A stretch of 64,000 bases of DNA from the NCBI GenBank assembly GCA_964016885.1, contig OZ024742.1, positions 376,154,001 through 376,218,000 of the forward strand, in the 5' to 3' direction. Positions 11,000-27,379 of the stretch are shown here, in pieces; the first letter of the stretch is position 1, and each line of letters starts with the position of its first letter. The DNA comes from Eledone cirrhosa. Its lineage: Eukaryota. The translations under genes and the position numbers were made by a program. The notes under the pieces were generated by a model that searched no databases, was not told where the DNA came from, and worked only from the letters and a program-made list of their open reading frames with translations.

Positions 11000-13900
11000 C
11001 ATCACCAGCACCACCACAACTACACCTACCACCATTACCACCACCACCACCACCACCACAACTACACCTACCACCATTACCACCACCACCACTACCACCA
11101 CAACTACACCTACCACCATTACCACCACCACCACCACCACCACAACTACACCTACCACCATTACCACCACCACAACTACAGTTACCACCATTACCACCAC
11201 CACCACCACAACTACACCTACCAACATTACCACCACCACCACCACCACCACAACTACACCTACCATCACCACCACCATTACCACCACCACCACTACCACC
11301 ACCACCACCACAAATACACCTACCACCATTACCACCACCACCACCACAACTACACCTACCATCACCACCACCACCACCACAACTACACCTACCACCATTA
11401 CCACCACCACCACACCTACCACCATTACCACCACCATCACAACTACACCTACCAACACCACCACCATTACCACCACCACCACCACCACAACTACACCTAC
11501 CACCATTACCACCACCACCACCACAACTACACCTACAACCATTACCACCACCACCATTACCACCACCACTACAACTACACCTACCATCACCACCACCACC
11601 ACCACTACCACCACAACTACACCTGCCACCATTAACACCACCACCACCACAACTACACCTACCACCATTACCACCTCCACCACAACTACACCTACCATCA
11701 CCACCAACATTACCACCACCACCAGAACTACACTTACCATCACCACCACCACCACCACTACCACCACTACACCTGCCACCATTACCACCACCACCACAAC
11801 TACACCTACCATCACCACCACCATTACCACCACCACCACAACTACACCTACCATCACCACCACCACCACCACTACCACCACAACTACACCTATCACCATT
11901 ACCACCACCACCACCACAACTACACCTACCACCATCACCACCACCACTACACCAAGCATCACCACCACCACCACTACACCTACCACCATTACCATCACCA
12001 CCACAACTACACCTACCATCATCACCACCACCACTACCACAACAACTACACCTATCATCACCACCACCACCACAACTACACCTACCACCATCACCACCAC
12101 AACTACACCTACCATCATCACCACCACCACCACCACTACACCTACCATCACCACCACCACCACTACCACCTCAACTACACCTACCACCATTACCACCACC
12201 ACCACCACCACAACTACACCTACCACCATTACCACCACAACTACACCTACCATCACCACCACAACAACACCTACCACCATTACCACCACCACTACACCTA
12301 CCATCACCACCACCACCACTACTACACCTACCATCATCACCACCACCACTACCACCACAACTACACCTACCATCAACACCACCACCACCACCACCACAAC
12401 TACACCTCCCACCATCACCACCACCACTACACCTACCATCACCACCACAACTACACCTACCACCATCACCACCACCACTACCACCACAACTACACCTACC
12501 ATCACCACCACCACCACCAGAATTACACCTAGCACCACAACTACACCTACCATCGTCACCACTACCACCACCACCACAACTACACCTACCACCTTACAAC
12601 TACCACCGCCGCCACAACTACACCTATCACCATTACCACCACCACTACCACCAACACAACTACACCTACCATCACCACCACAACTACACCTACCATCACC
12701 ACCACCACCACAACTACACCTACCATCACCACCACCACCACAACTACACCTACCACCATCACCCCCACCATTACCACCACCACTACCACCACCACTACAC
12801 CTACCATCACCACCACAACTACACCTACCACCATCACCACCACCACTACCACCACAACTACACCTACCATCACCACCACCACCACAACTACACCTACCAC
12901 CATTACAACTACCACCACCACCACAACTACACCTACCACCACCACCACAACTACACCTACCACCATTACAACTACCACAACCACCAGAATTACACCTACC
13001 ATCACCACCACCACTACTACACATACCATCACCACCACCACTACCACCACCACAACTACACGTACCACCATTACAACTACCACCACCACCACAATACACC
13101 TACCACCATTACCACCACCACTACCACCACCACTACACCTATCATCACCACCACAACAATACCTACCACCACCACTACCACCACCACAACTACACCTACC
13201 ACCACCACCACCACTACACCTACCATCACCACCACCACCACCACCACCACCACTACCACCACAACTACACCTACCATCATCACCACCACCACCACCACCA
13301 CAACTACACCTACCATCACCACCACCACGACCACAAATACACCTACCATCACCACCACCACCACTACCATCACCACTACATCTACCACCATTACCACCAC
13401 CACCACCACCACCACCACCACCACCACAACTACACCTACCATCACCACCACCACCACTACCACCACAACTACACCTACCATCATTACCACTACCACCACA
13501 ACTACACCTACCATCACCACCACCACTACCACCACAATTACACCTACCATTATCACCACTACCACAACTACACCTACCACCACTACAACTACCACCACCA
13601 CCACCACATTTACACCTACCCTCGTCACCACCACCAACACCACCACAACTACACCTACCACCATTACAACTACCACCATTACCACCACCACTACCACCAC
13701 CACTACACCTACCATCACCACCACAACTACACCTACCACCATCACCACCACCACCACTACCACCACAACTACACCTACCATCACAACCACCACCACCAGA
13801 ATTACACCTAGCACCACAACTACACCTACCATCATCACCACTACCACCACCACCACAACTACACCTACCACCTTACAACTACCACCGCCGCCACAACTAC

Positions 13901-16900
13901 ACCTATCACCATTACCATCACCACCACCACAACTACACCTACCATCACCACCACCACAACTACACCTACCATCACCACCACCACCACAACTACACCTACC
14001 ATCACCACCACCACCACAACTACACCTACCACCATCACCACCACAACTACACCTACCACCATCACCACCACCACTACCACCACAACTACACCTACCATCA
14101 CCACCACCACCACAACTACACCTACCACCATTACAACTACCACCACCACCACAACTACACCTACCACCACCACCACAACTACACCTACCACCATTACAAC
14201 TACCACCACCACCAGAATTACACCTACCATCACCACCACCACTACTACACATACCATCACCACCACCACTACCACCACCACAACTATACGTACCACCATT
14301 ACAACTACCACTACCACCACAATACACCTACCACCATTACCACCACCACTACCACCACCACTACCACCACCACTACACCTATCATCACCACCACAACAAT
14401 ACCTACCATCATCACCACCATCACCATAACTACACCTACCACAATCACCACCACCACTACCACCACCACAACTACACCTACCACCACCACTACACCTACC
14501 ATCACCACTACCACCACAACTACACCTACCACCATTACCACTACCACCACCACAACTACAACTACCACCTTCACCACCACTACACCTACCATCACCACCA
14601 CCACCACTACCACCACAACTACACCTACCACCATTACCACCATCACTACACCTACCATCACCACCACAACTACACCTACCACCATTACCACCACCACTAC
14701 AACCACCACTACACCTACCATCACCACCACCACAACAACTACACCTACCACCATCATCACCACCACCACTACCACCACAACTACACCTACCATCACCACC
14801 ACCACCACAACTACACCTACCACCATCACCACCACCACCACCACTACACCTACCATCACCACCACCACCACCACCACAACTACACCTACCACCATTACCA
14901 CCACCACTACAGCTACCATCAGCACCACAACTACACCTACCATCATTACCACTACCACCACAACTACACCTACCACCATCACCTCCACCATCACCACCAC
15001 TTCTACCACCACAACTACACCTACCATCACCACCACCACCACTACCCCCACAACTACACCTACCACCACCACCACTACCACCACAACTACACCTACCATC
15101 ACCACCACCACCACTACCACCACCACTACCCCTGCCATCATCACCACCACTACCACCACAACTACACCTACCACCACCACCACCACCACCACCACTACAC
15201 CTACCATCACCACCACCACCACCACCACCACCACTACCACCACAACTACACCTACCATCATCACCACCACCACCACCACCACAACTACACCTACCATCAC
15301 CACCACCACCACTACCACCACTACCACACCTACCATCACCACCACCACCACTACCACCACCACTACCACCACAACCACCACCACTACACCTACCATCACC
15401 ACCACCACCACCACCACTCTACACCTACCATGACCACCACCACTACCACCACAACTACACCTACCATCATCACCACCACCACCACCACCACCACCACCAC
15501 CACAACTACACCTACCATCACCATCACCACCATCACCACAACTACACCTACCATCACCACCACCACGACCACAAATACACCTACCATCACCACCACCACC
15601 ACTACCATCACCACCACTACATCTACCACCATTACCACCCCCACCCCCACCCCCACCCCCACCACAACTACACCTACCATCACCACCACCACCACTACCA
15701 CCACAACTACACCTACCATCATTACCACTACCACCACAACTACACCTACCATCACCACCACCACTACCACCACAATTACACCTACCATTACCACCACTAC
15801 CACAACTACATCTACCACCACTACAACTACCACCACCACCACCACATTTACACCTACCCTCGTCACCACCACCAACACCACCACAACTACACCTACCACC
15901 ATTACAACTACCACCACCTCTACTTCCACCACAACTACACCTACCACCATTACCACCATCACCAACACCACAACTACACCTACCACCATTACCACCACCA
16001 CTACCACCACAACTACACCTACCATCACCACCAGAATTACACCTACCACCACCACCACCACAACTACACCTACCATCATCACCACCACCACCACCACAAC
16101 TACACCTACCACCATTACAACTGCCACCACCACCACAACTACAACTACCACCTTACAACTACCACCACCACCACAACTACACCTATCACCATTACCACCA
16201 CCTATACCACCACCACTACACCTACCATCACCACCACCACCACCACAACTACACCTACCATCACCACCACCACCACCACAACTACACCTACCATCACCAC
16301 CACCACCACCACCACAACTACACCTACCACCATTACAACTACCACCACCACCACAACTACACCTACCATCACCACCACAACTACACCTACCACCATTACA
16401 ACTACCACCACCACCAGAATTACACCTACCATCACCACCACCACGACCACCACTACTACACATACCATCATCATCATCACCACCACAACTACACCTACCA
16501 TCACCACCAGCACTACCACCACCACAACTACACCTACCACCATTACCACCACCACTACACCTACCATCACCACCACAACTACACCTACCATCATCACCAC
16601 CACCACTACCACAACAACTACACCTATCATCACCACCACCACCACAACTACACCTACCATCACCACCACCACAACTACACCTACCATCATCACCACCACC
16701 ACTACCACCTCAACTACACCTACCACCATTACCACCACCACCACCACCACAACTACACCTACCATCACCACCACCACCACTACCACCTCAACTACACCTA
16801 CCACCATTACCACCACCACCACCACCACAACTACACCTACCACCATTACCACCACAACTACACCTACCATCACCACCACAACAACACCTACCACCATTAC

Positions 16901-19900
16901 CACCACCACTACACCTACCATCACCACCACCACCACCACAACTACACCTACCATCATCACCACCACCACTACCACCACAACTACACCTACCATCAACACC
17001 ACCACCACCACCACCACCACCACAACTACACCTCCCACCATCACCACCACCACTACACCTACCATCACCACCACAACTACACCTACCACCATCACCACCA
17101 CCACTACCACCACAACTACACCTACCATCACCACCACCACCACCAGAATTACACCTAGCACCACAACTACACCTACCATCGTCACCACTACCACCACCAC
17201 CACAACTACACCTACCACCTTACAACTACCACCGCCGCCACAACTACACCTATCACCATTACCACCACTACTACCACCAACACAACTACACCTACCATCA
17301 CCACCACAACTACACCTACCATCACCACCACCACCACAACTACACCTACCATCACCACCACCACCACAACTACACCTACCACCATCACCTCCACCATTAC
17401 CACCACCACTACCACCACCACTACACCTACCATCACCACCACAACTACACCTACCACCATCACCACCACCACTACCACCACAACTACACCTACCATCACC
17501 ACCACCACCACAACTACTCCTACCACCATTACAACTACCACCACCACCACAACTACACCTACCACCACCACCACAACTACACCTACCACCATTACAACTA
17601 CCACCACCACCAGAATTACACCTACCATCACCACCACCACTACTACACATACCATCACCACCACCACTACCACCACCACAACTATACGTACCACCATTAC
17701 AACTACCACCACCACCACAATACACCTACCACCATTACCACCACCACTACCACCACCACTACACCTATCATCACCACCACAACAATACTTACCATCATCA
17801 CCACCATCACCATAACTACACCTACCACAATCACCACCACCACTACCACCACCACAACTGCACCTACCACCACCACCACCACTACACCTACCATCACCAC
17901 CACCACCACCACCACCACCACTACCACCACAACTACACCTACCATCATCACCACCACCACCACAACTACACCTACCATCACCACCACCACCACACCTACC
18001 ATCACCACCACCACCACTACCACCACCACTACCACCACAACCACCACCACTACACCTACCATCACCACCACCACCACCACTCTACACCTACCATCACCAC
18101 CACCACTACCACCACAACTACACCTACCATCATCACCACCACTACCACCACCACTACACCTACCGTCATCACCACCACCACCACCACCACAACTACACCT
18201 ACCATCACCATCACCACCATCACCACAACTACACCTACCATCACCACCACCACGACCACAAATACACCTACCATCACCACCACCACCACTACCATCACCA
18301 CTACATCTACCACCATTACCACCACCACCACCACCACCACCACCACCACCACAACTACACCTACCATCACCACCACCACCACTACCACCACAACTACACC
18401 TACCATCATTACCACTACCACCACAACTACACCTGCCATCACCACCACCACTACCACCACAATTACACCTACCATTACCACCACTACCACAACTACACCT
18501 ACCACCACTACAACTACCACCACCACCACCACATTTACACCTACCCTCGTCACCACCACCAACACCACCACAACTACACCTACCACCATTACAACTACCA
18601 CCACCACCACAACTACACCTACCATCACCACCACCACAACTACACGTACCACCATTACAACTACCACCACCACCATTACCACCACCACTACCACCACCAC
18701 TACACCTACCATCACCACCACCACCACCACAACTACACCTATCACCTTACAACTACCACCACCACCACAACTACACCTATCGCAATTTCCACCACCACTA
18801 CCACCACCACTACACCTACCATCACCACCACCACCATAACTACACCTACCATCACCACCACCACCACCACTACCACAACTACACCTACCATCACCACCAC
18901 CACCAATACCACCACAACTACACCTACCACCACCACTACCACCACAACTACACCTACCACCACCACCTCCACCACTACCACCACCACTACACCTACCATC
19001 ACCACCACCACCACCACTACCACTACCACTACACCAACCATCATCACTACCACCACTACCACCACCACTACACCTACCATCACCACCACCAGCACTACCA
19101 CCACCACTACACCTATCATCATTACCACCACCACTACCTCACCACTACACCTACCATCACAACTACACCTACCATCATTACCACTACCACCACAACTACA
19201 CCTGCCACCATCACCTCCACCATCACCACCACCACTACCACCACAACTACACCTACCATCACCACCCCACCACTACACCCACAACTACACCTACCATCAC
19301 CACCACCACAACTATACCTACCATCACCACCACCACCACTACCACCACAACCTCACCTACCACCACCACCACTATAACCACCACTACAACTATCATCACC
19401 ACCACCACCACTACCACTACAACTACACCTACCATCATCACCACCACCACAACCACCACCACAACCACCACCACTACACCTACCATCACCACCACCACCA
19501 CCACCACCACAACTACACCTACCATCACCACCTCCATTACCACCACCACCACAACTACACCTACCATCATCAGCACCACCACCACAACTACACCTACCAC
19601 CATTACAACTACCACCACCACCACAACTACAACTACCATCATCACCACCACCAGCACCACAACTCCACCTACCACCATTACAACTACCACCACCACCACA
19701 ACTACAACTACCATCATCACCACCACCAGCACCACAACTACACCTACCACCATTACAACTACCACCACCACCACAACTACACCTACCACCATTACAACTA
19801 CCACCACCACCACAACTACACCTACCACCATTACAACTACCACCACAACCACAACTACACCTACTATCACCACCATCACCACCACCACCACCATTACACC

Positions 19901-20890
19901 TACCATCACCACCACCACCACCACCACCACAAATACACCTAGCCCCATTACCACCACCACCACCACAACTACATCTACCATCATCACCACCACCACCACC
20001 ACTACTACTACTACCACCACAACTATACCTACCATCACCACAACTACACCTACCATCGTTACTACCACCACTACACCTACCATCACCACCACCACCACAA
20101 CTACACCTACTACCACCTCCACCACCACCACCAGCGCCACCACTGCCACTACCACCACCACCACCACTACCAACACCACCACTACCACTACCACCACCAC
20201 CACCACCACCAATACCACTACCACCACCACCACCACCACCACCACCACCACCACCACAACTACACCCACCACCATTACTACCACTAACACCACCACTATC
20301 ACTACCACCACCACTACCACCACCATCACTACCACTACCACCACCACTACCAATACCACTACCACCACCACCACTACCACCACTACCACTACCACTACCA
20401 CCACCACCACTACCACCACCACCACTCCGACGACGACGACCACCACCACCACCACAACTACACCCACCACCACCACTACCACTACCACCACCACTACCAC
20501 TACCACCACCACTACCACCACCATCACCACCATTACCACCACCACTACCACTACCACTACCACCACCACCACTACCACCACTACCACCACTACCACCACC
20601 ACCACTACCACCACTACCACTACCACCACTACCACCACTACCACTACCACCACCACCACTACCACCACTACCACTACCACCACTACCACCACTACCACTA
20701 CCACCACTACCACCACCACCACCACCACCACTACCACCACTACCACCACCACCACTACCACTACTACCACCACCACCACTACCACCACTACCACCACCAC
20801 CACCACTACCACTACTACCACTACCACCACTACCACCACTACCACTACCACCACTACCACCACCACCACTACCACTACTACCACCACCAT
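11000..20890. repeat. About 9.9-kb complex (ACC)n-based satellite with an ACAACTACACCT core
   Basis: Core separated by variable ACC/ATC/ACT triplet runs; almost no G on the + strand; degrades to simple (ACC/ACT)n after about 20150. Confidence 0.97.
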
Positions 20891-21235
20891 AAGATATTGA
20901 TATGAAATGTTCACAATTTGTTTTGATGTCAGATGAAAAGAAGACATTTTTTATGTGGGATTGTAAATGTATGAGATAGAGAGAGGGGGAGGGGAGGGAG
21001 ATAGAGACAGATAGAGGGAGAGAGAGATAGATAGAGGGAGAGAGAGGGGGAGAGGGGGAGAGTAAGGGAGGGAGATAGAGATAGATAGAGGGAGAGAGTT
21101 AGAGAGAGGGAGATAGATAGAGGGAGATAGATAGAGAGAGAGAGGGAGATAGATAGAGAGATAGACAAAGAGAGGGAGATAGAGGGTTAGATAGATAGAG
21201 AGGCAGAAGTAGATAGTGAGATAGATAGAGGGAGA

Positions 21236-21861
21236 TCATCATCATCATCATCACCGTTTTACATCCGTTCTTCCATGCTAGCATGGGTTCGATGGGTTGT
21301 CCTGTCGTGGGCAGTGTCTGGTCAGCTGACCATGCCTTGCTCATACAGGAACTGATTCTGGCTTGATTTCTACAGCTGGATGCCAACACTAACCTCATTT
21401 ACAGTGAGTGCTGGGTGCTTTTTTCCGTGGCGCCTACATATCCACTTTACAGTGTGGGCTCGATGCTTTTTGTCGTGGCACCTCCACGACCACTTTGCAG
21501 TGGGAGGGTGTGGGGATATATTGTCTATATGCTTCAGCTTGTACCCATGGAGGGTTGGGTCTTCTGTATTACTGAGTGACGCCAGAGGTCACGGTCATGT
21601 GTCATCGCCTTTGAGAGGTGCAATTGGGTAAGGTCGGCCTTTATCACCTCATACCAGGTCTTCTTGGGTCTCCGCACTCCGCGGTTTCCATTGACTTCTA
21701 GTGCTCTGCACCTTTTTATGCAGCTGTCATCCTTCATACGCATCACATGTCCATACCAACGCAACCGCCTCTCCTGCACACAGCATTTGATCCCTCTTAT
21801 GCTCAGTCTCTCTCTCAAATCATTTATGCTTTGCCATTCGCGTATATTACTATTACACATT
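21236..21861 (-). mobile_element. RTE LINE 3' fragment with 3' UTR and (GAT)n tail
   Basis: ORF 21534-21896: RRLRWYGHVMRMKDD...RPKKTW. Confidence 0.9.
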
Positions 21862-21880
21862 ATATATATATATATATATG

Positions 21881-23070
21881 TCAGATATATGACCATGCTC
21901 AGTGTGTAGGAAAGGAGTAGGCAGAAATTCCATTTTATGTCCCAAATGCAAAGTATGGGTACATAAAAGATGTAGTGGGATCACAGGTAAACTATCTAAG
22001 AACGTAGACTTTATATGTGGCCGATGCTCGGGTGCAATAAGTACCAAGTGTTCACAGGATACTAGCTCCTTCTATTGCCCAGATGGTTCTATAGAAATAG
22101 TAGACACTGTCCGTTACCTGGGTGACAAAATCAGCAGTGGTGGAGGGTGCTCTGAAAGTACAGTAGCCAGAGTCAGAACGGGATGGAAAAAATTCAGAGA
22201 GCTTATACCACTATTGGCCACTAAAGGTTTCTCTCTAAAAATGAAAGGCAGATTGTATGATGCCTGTGTACGAACAGCAATACTACATGGCAGTGAGACA
22301 TGGGCATTACGTGCAGAGGACCTGCGCAGACTGGAAAGGAATGAAGCATGCATGCTCCGTTGCATATGCAATAGTAATATAAGTGAACGGCAAAGCATAA
22401 ATGAACTAAGTGAGAAATTAGGAACAAGAGGCATCAGATGCTGTTTACTTGAGAGAAGACTACGTTGGTATGGTCACGTGATGTGCATGAAAGACGACAG
22501 TTGTATAAAAAAGTGCAGGGTGATCAAAATTGATGGTAGTTACGGAGTAGGTTGACCCAGAAAAACCTGGGACGATCTAATAAATTCCGACCTTACACAC
22601 TTGCACCTCTCTAAGACAATGTCACTGGACCGAGATCTTTGGCACTACGCAGTAATACAGAAGACCCGCCTTGCCTATGTACAAAGCAAAATCTACAGTC
22701 AGTAGGCACCTCTAAACCAAATATACACCCAATCCACTACCCCTACCCTATCTTCCCTCTCTCTGTAAAGTTGGTACCACAACATCCAGTCCAAATAAAT
22801 GAGATAATAAGATCGAGATCGTGTAGGTGTCACGACAAAAAACACAGCCCACGCTGTAATGTGGTCGTGTAGGTAACGCGGTAAAAAGTTCCCAGTTCCA
22901 CACTGTAAATGTGGCTGGTGTTAGGAAGGGCATCCAGCCATAGAAAACCTGCCAGATAGTCCTATATGAGCGAGACACAGTCATCCGATCAACCTTGCCT
23001 CAAGTGGGATAACTCCCGTCTAACCCATGCTAGCTTGGAAAATGGACGTTAAACGATGATGCTGATGATG

Positions 23071-23072
<2 letters not shown>
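21881..23072 (+). mobile_element. RTE LINE 3' fragment including the PHD insert
   Basis: ORF 21902-22555 with CRKGVGRNSILCPKCKVWVHKRC and RYLG; 3' UTR; GAT tail. Confidence 0.92.
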
Positions 23073-23103
<31 letters not shown>

Positions 23104-23544
23104 TAGACAAATAGATAGATAGATAGAAAGATAGATATATTTCTTTATTATAGAAGTGAGACAGAGAAATAAACAGAGAGAAACAAGAAATGAGAGAGTG
23201 AAATGGTGAAATTATATAATAGTTATAAATCTATGGAAAAAAATGAAACCAAATTACAACGAAATCAAGTAATGAACCTCAACTGTATCCTCAGGGATTA
23301 GTAGGATATTATTTATCCAATGGTGTGTAATAATCACTGTTTGATATCTTTTTGTCTGTGTGATACTTTGGTGTTATGCAGTAATACAGAAGACATGCCT
23401 TCCCATGTACACAAACTCAAACATACATCTACTAGGCACCTCTTAAACACTTAATCAACTATACTCCCTTCTAAATGCGCCCACACCCCTACATCACCCT
23501 CCCATTTCTGTCCACACCACTCCCACGCAGTAATATTATGTTGG

Positions 23545-26500
23545 TAACACAAAAAGCACCCAGCCCACATTGTAAAGTGGTCATGTTGGTGTCACAACAA
23601 AAAGTACCCCGTACACACTGTAAAGTGGTTGTGTAGGTGTCACAACAAAAAGTACCCCGTACACACTGTAAAGTGGTCATGTTGGTGTCACAACAAAAAG
23701 TACCCCGTACACACTGTAAAGTGGTTGTGTAGGTGTCACAACAAAAAGTACCCAGCCCACATTGTAAAGTGGTTGTGTCGGTGTCACAACAAAAAGTACC
23801 CAGTACACACTGTAAAGTGGTTGTGTAGGTGTCACAACAAAAAGTACCCAGTACACACTGTAAAGTGGTTGTGTAGGTGTCACAACAAAAAGTACCCAGT
23901 ACACACTGTAAAGTGGTTGTGTAGGTGTCACAACAAAAAGTACCCAGTACACACTGTAAAGTGGTTGTGTAGGTGTCACAACAAAAAGTACCCAGTACAC
24001 ACTGTAAAGTGGTTGTGTAGGTGTCACAACAAAAAGTACCCAGTACACACTGTAAAGTGGTTGTGTAGGTGTCACAACAAAAAGTACCCAGTACACACTG
24101 TAAAGTGGTTGTGTAGGTGTCACAACAAAAAGTACCCAGTACACACTGTAAAGTGGTTGTGTAGGTGTCACAACAAAAAGTACCCAGTTCACACTGTAAA
24201 GTGGTTGTGTAGGTGTCACAACAAAAAGAACCCAGTCCACACTGTAAAGTGGTTGTGTAGGTGTCACAACAAAAAGAACCCAGTACACACTGTAAAGTGG
24301 TTGTGTAGGTGTCACAACAAAAAGAACCCAGTACACACTGTAAAGTGGTTGTGTAGGTGTCACAACAAAAAGTACCCAGTTCACACTGTAAAGTGGTTGT
24401 GTAGGTATCACAACAAAAAGTACCCAGTACACACTGTAAAGTGGTTGTGTAGGTGTCACAACAAAAAGAACCCAGTACACACTGTAAAGTGGTTGTGTAG
24501 GTGTCACAACAAAAAGTACCCAGTACACACTGTAAAGTGGTTGTGTAGGTGTCACAACAAAAAGTACTCAGTACACACTGTAAAGTGGTTGTGTAGGTGT
24601 CATGAGAGAAAGTACCCAGTTCACAACTTAAAGTGGTTGTGTAGGTGTCACAACAAAAAGTGCCCAGTACACACTGTAAAGTGGTTGTGTAGGTGTCACA
24701 ACAAAAAGTACCCAGTTCACACTGTAAAGTGGTTGTGTAGGTGTCACAACAAAAAGTACCCAGTTCATACTGTAAAATGGTTGTGTAGGTGTCACAACAA
24801 AAAGTACCCAGTACACACTGTAAAGTGGTTGTGTAGGTGTCACAACAAAAAGTACCCAGTACACACTGTAAAGTGGTTGTGTAGGTGTCACAACAAAAAG
24901 TACCCAGTACACACTGTAAAGTGGTTGTGTAGGTGTCACAACAAAAAGTACCCAGTACACACTGTAAAGTGGTTGTGTAGGTGTCACAACAAAAAGTACC
25001 CAGTACACACTGTAAAGTGGTTGTGTAGGTGTCACAACAAAAAGTACCCAGTACACACTAAAGTGGTTGTGTAGGTGTCACAACAAAAAGTACCCAGTAC
25101 ACACTGTAAAGTGGTTGTGTAGGTGTCACAACAAAAAGTACCCAGTTCACACTGTAAAGTGGTTGTGTAGTGTCACAACAAAAAGAACCCAGTCCACACT
25201 GTAAAGTGGTTGTGTAGGTGTCACAACAAAAAGAACCCAGTCCACACTGTAAAGTGGTTGTGTAGGTGTCACAACAAAAAGAACCCAGTACACACTGTAA
25301 AGTGGTTGTGTAGGTGTCACAACAAAAAGAACCCAGTACACACTGTAAAGTGATTGTGTAGGTGTCACAACAAAAAGTACCCAGTTCACACTGTAAAGTG
25401 GTTGTGTAGGTATCACAACAAAAAGTACCCAGTACACATTGTAAAGTGGTTGTGTAGGTGTCACAACAAAAAGTACCCAGTACACACTGTAAAGTGGTTG
25501 TGTAGGTGTCACAACAAAAAGTACCCAGTACACACTGTAAAGTGGTTGTGTAGGTGTCACAACAAAAAGTACCCAGTACACACTGTAAAGTGGTTGTGTA
25601 GGTATCACAACAAAAAGTACCCAGTACACACTGTAAAGTGGTTGTGTAGGTGTCACAACAAAAAGTACCCAGTTCACACTGTAAAGTGGTTGTGTAGGTG
25701 TCACAACAAAAAGAACCCAGTCCACACTGTAAAGTGGTTGTGTAGGTGTCACAACAAAAAGAACCCAGTCCACACTGTAAAGTGGTTGTGTAGGTGTCAC
25801 AACAAAAAGAACCCAGTACACACTGTAAAGTGGTTGTGTAGGTGTCACAACAAAAAGAACCCAGTACACACTGTAAAGTGGTTGTGTAGGTGTCACAACA
25901 AAAAGTACCCAGTTCACACTGTAAAGTGGTTGTGTAGGTATCACAACAAAAAGTACCCAGTACACACTGTAAAGTGGTTGTGTAGGTGTCACAACAAAAA
26001 GAACCCAGTACACACTGTAAAGTGGTTGTGTAGGTGTCACAACAAAAAGTACCCAGTACACACTGTAAAGTGGTTGTGTAGGTGTCACAACAAAAAGTAC
26101 TCAGTACACACTGTAAAGTGGTTGTGTAGGTGTCATGAGAAAAAGTACCCAGTTCACAACTTAAAGTGGTTGTGTAGGTATCACAACAAAAAGTACCCAG
26201 TACACACTGTAAAGTGGTTGTGTAGGTGTCACAACAAAAAGTACCCAGTACACACTGTAAAGTGGTTGTGTAGGTGTCACAACAAAAAGTGCCCAGTACA
26301 CACTGTAAAGTGGTTGTGTAGGTGTCACAACAAAAAGTACCCAGTTCACACTGTAAAGTGGTTGTGTAGGTGTCACAACAAAAAGTACCCAGTTCATACT
26401 GTAAAATGGTTGTGTAGGTGTCACAACAAAAAGTACCCAGTACACACTGTAAAGTGGTTGTGTAGGTGTCACAACAAAAAGTACCCAGTTCATACTGTAA

Positions 26501-26700
26501 AGTGGTTGTGTAGGTGTCACAACAAAAAGTACCCAGTACACACTGTAAAGTGGTTGTGTAGGTGTCACAACAAAAAGTACCCAGTTCATACTGTAAAGTG
26601 GTTGTGTAGGTGTCACAACAAAAAGTACCCAGTACACACTGTAAAGTGGTTGTGTAGGTATCACAACAAAAAGTACCCAGTACACACTGTAAAGTGGTTG
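23545..26700 (+). repeat. 48-bp satellite, about 65 copies, inside an RTE 3' UTR
   Basis: Unit gtgtaggtgtcacaacaaaaagtacccagtacacactgtaaagtggtt; flanked by the RTE ORF end (about 23376) and the rest of the UTR (ggtgttaggaagggcatccagc, 26700-26830). Confidence 0.97.
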
Positions 26701-27029
26701 GTGTTAGGAAGGGCATCCAGCTGTAGAAATCTAGCCCAAAACAGTCCTATATGAGCAACACATGGTCACCTGACTCAACTTGCCTCTAATGGGACAACCC
26801 GTCTAACTCATGGTAGCGTGGAAAATGGAAGTCTGGCGCTCTACCAATTATTGCCAATGTCTGATGCTATACAGATTATTGGCAATGTACTGTCCTTATT
26901 TATAATGATATTCATTATTTTGTATATATGGTATTTAGTTATGACTTTCTACATTCTGAGTTCAAATCCAGCCAAGGTTAGCTTTGCCTTTCATCCTTAC
27001 ACGGTTGATAAAATAATGTAGCAGTACAT

Positions 27030-27230
27030 AGGAGAGACACAAAATATGAACGAAAGTAGTGATTGAGTAGGTCACTGAATGTGTGACGAAAGAGCTTTGA
27101 CAATCAACAACTAAACAACCATCTGGTTATTTAACCGACTTGGAAATTATAATAAATTGAAGTGAAATCAATAGGTGTCACTGTGTCTTTATTAGCAACA
27201 TGACCTTCCCAATGTATAACAATATCTGTT
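27030..27230 (+). mobile_element. Degenerate solo copy of the pLTR at about 6700-6955
   Basis: gtcac.gaatgtgtgacgaaaga.ctttgacaat...ataataaattgaagtgaaa...caacatgacc is shared; the CTGANGA box is lost. Confidence 0.75.
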
Positions 27231-27283
27231 TCAACATAAGTTTTCAGATAAGAAATCTTGCAAAATAAATACAAAAACGTAGT

Positions 27284-27378
<95 letters not shown>

Positions 27379-27379
27379 T

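Noticed and set aside
10967-20947. Long Val/Gly-, Thr-, Pro- and His-rich ORFs (mucin- or extensin-like)
   Set aside because: Open on both strands with frequent frame switches, no signal peptide or splice structure; a product of triplet satellite composition
23545-26754. CRISPR-like array or Cys-rich repeat protein
   Set aside because: Head-to-tail 48-bp units with no unique spacers, no cas genes, and derived from a LINE UTR
27061-27103. Functional hammerhead
   Set aside because: The CTGANGA box and 5' strand of stem I are lost; counted only as a decayed pLTR
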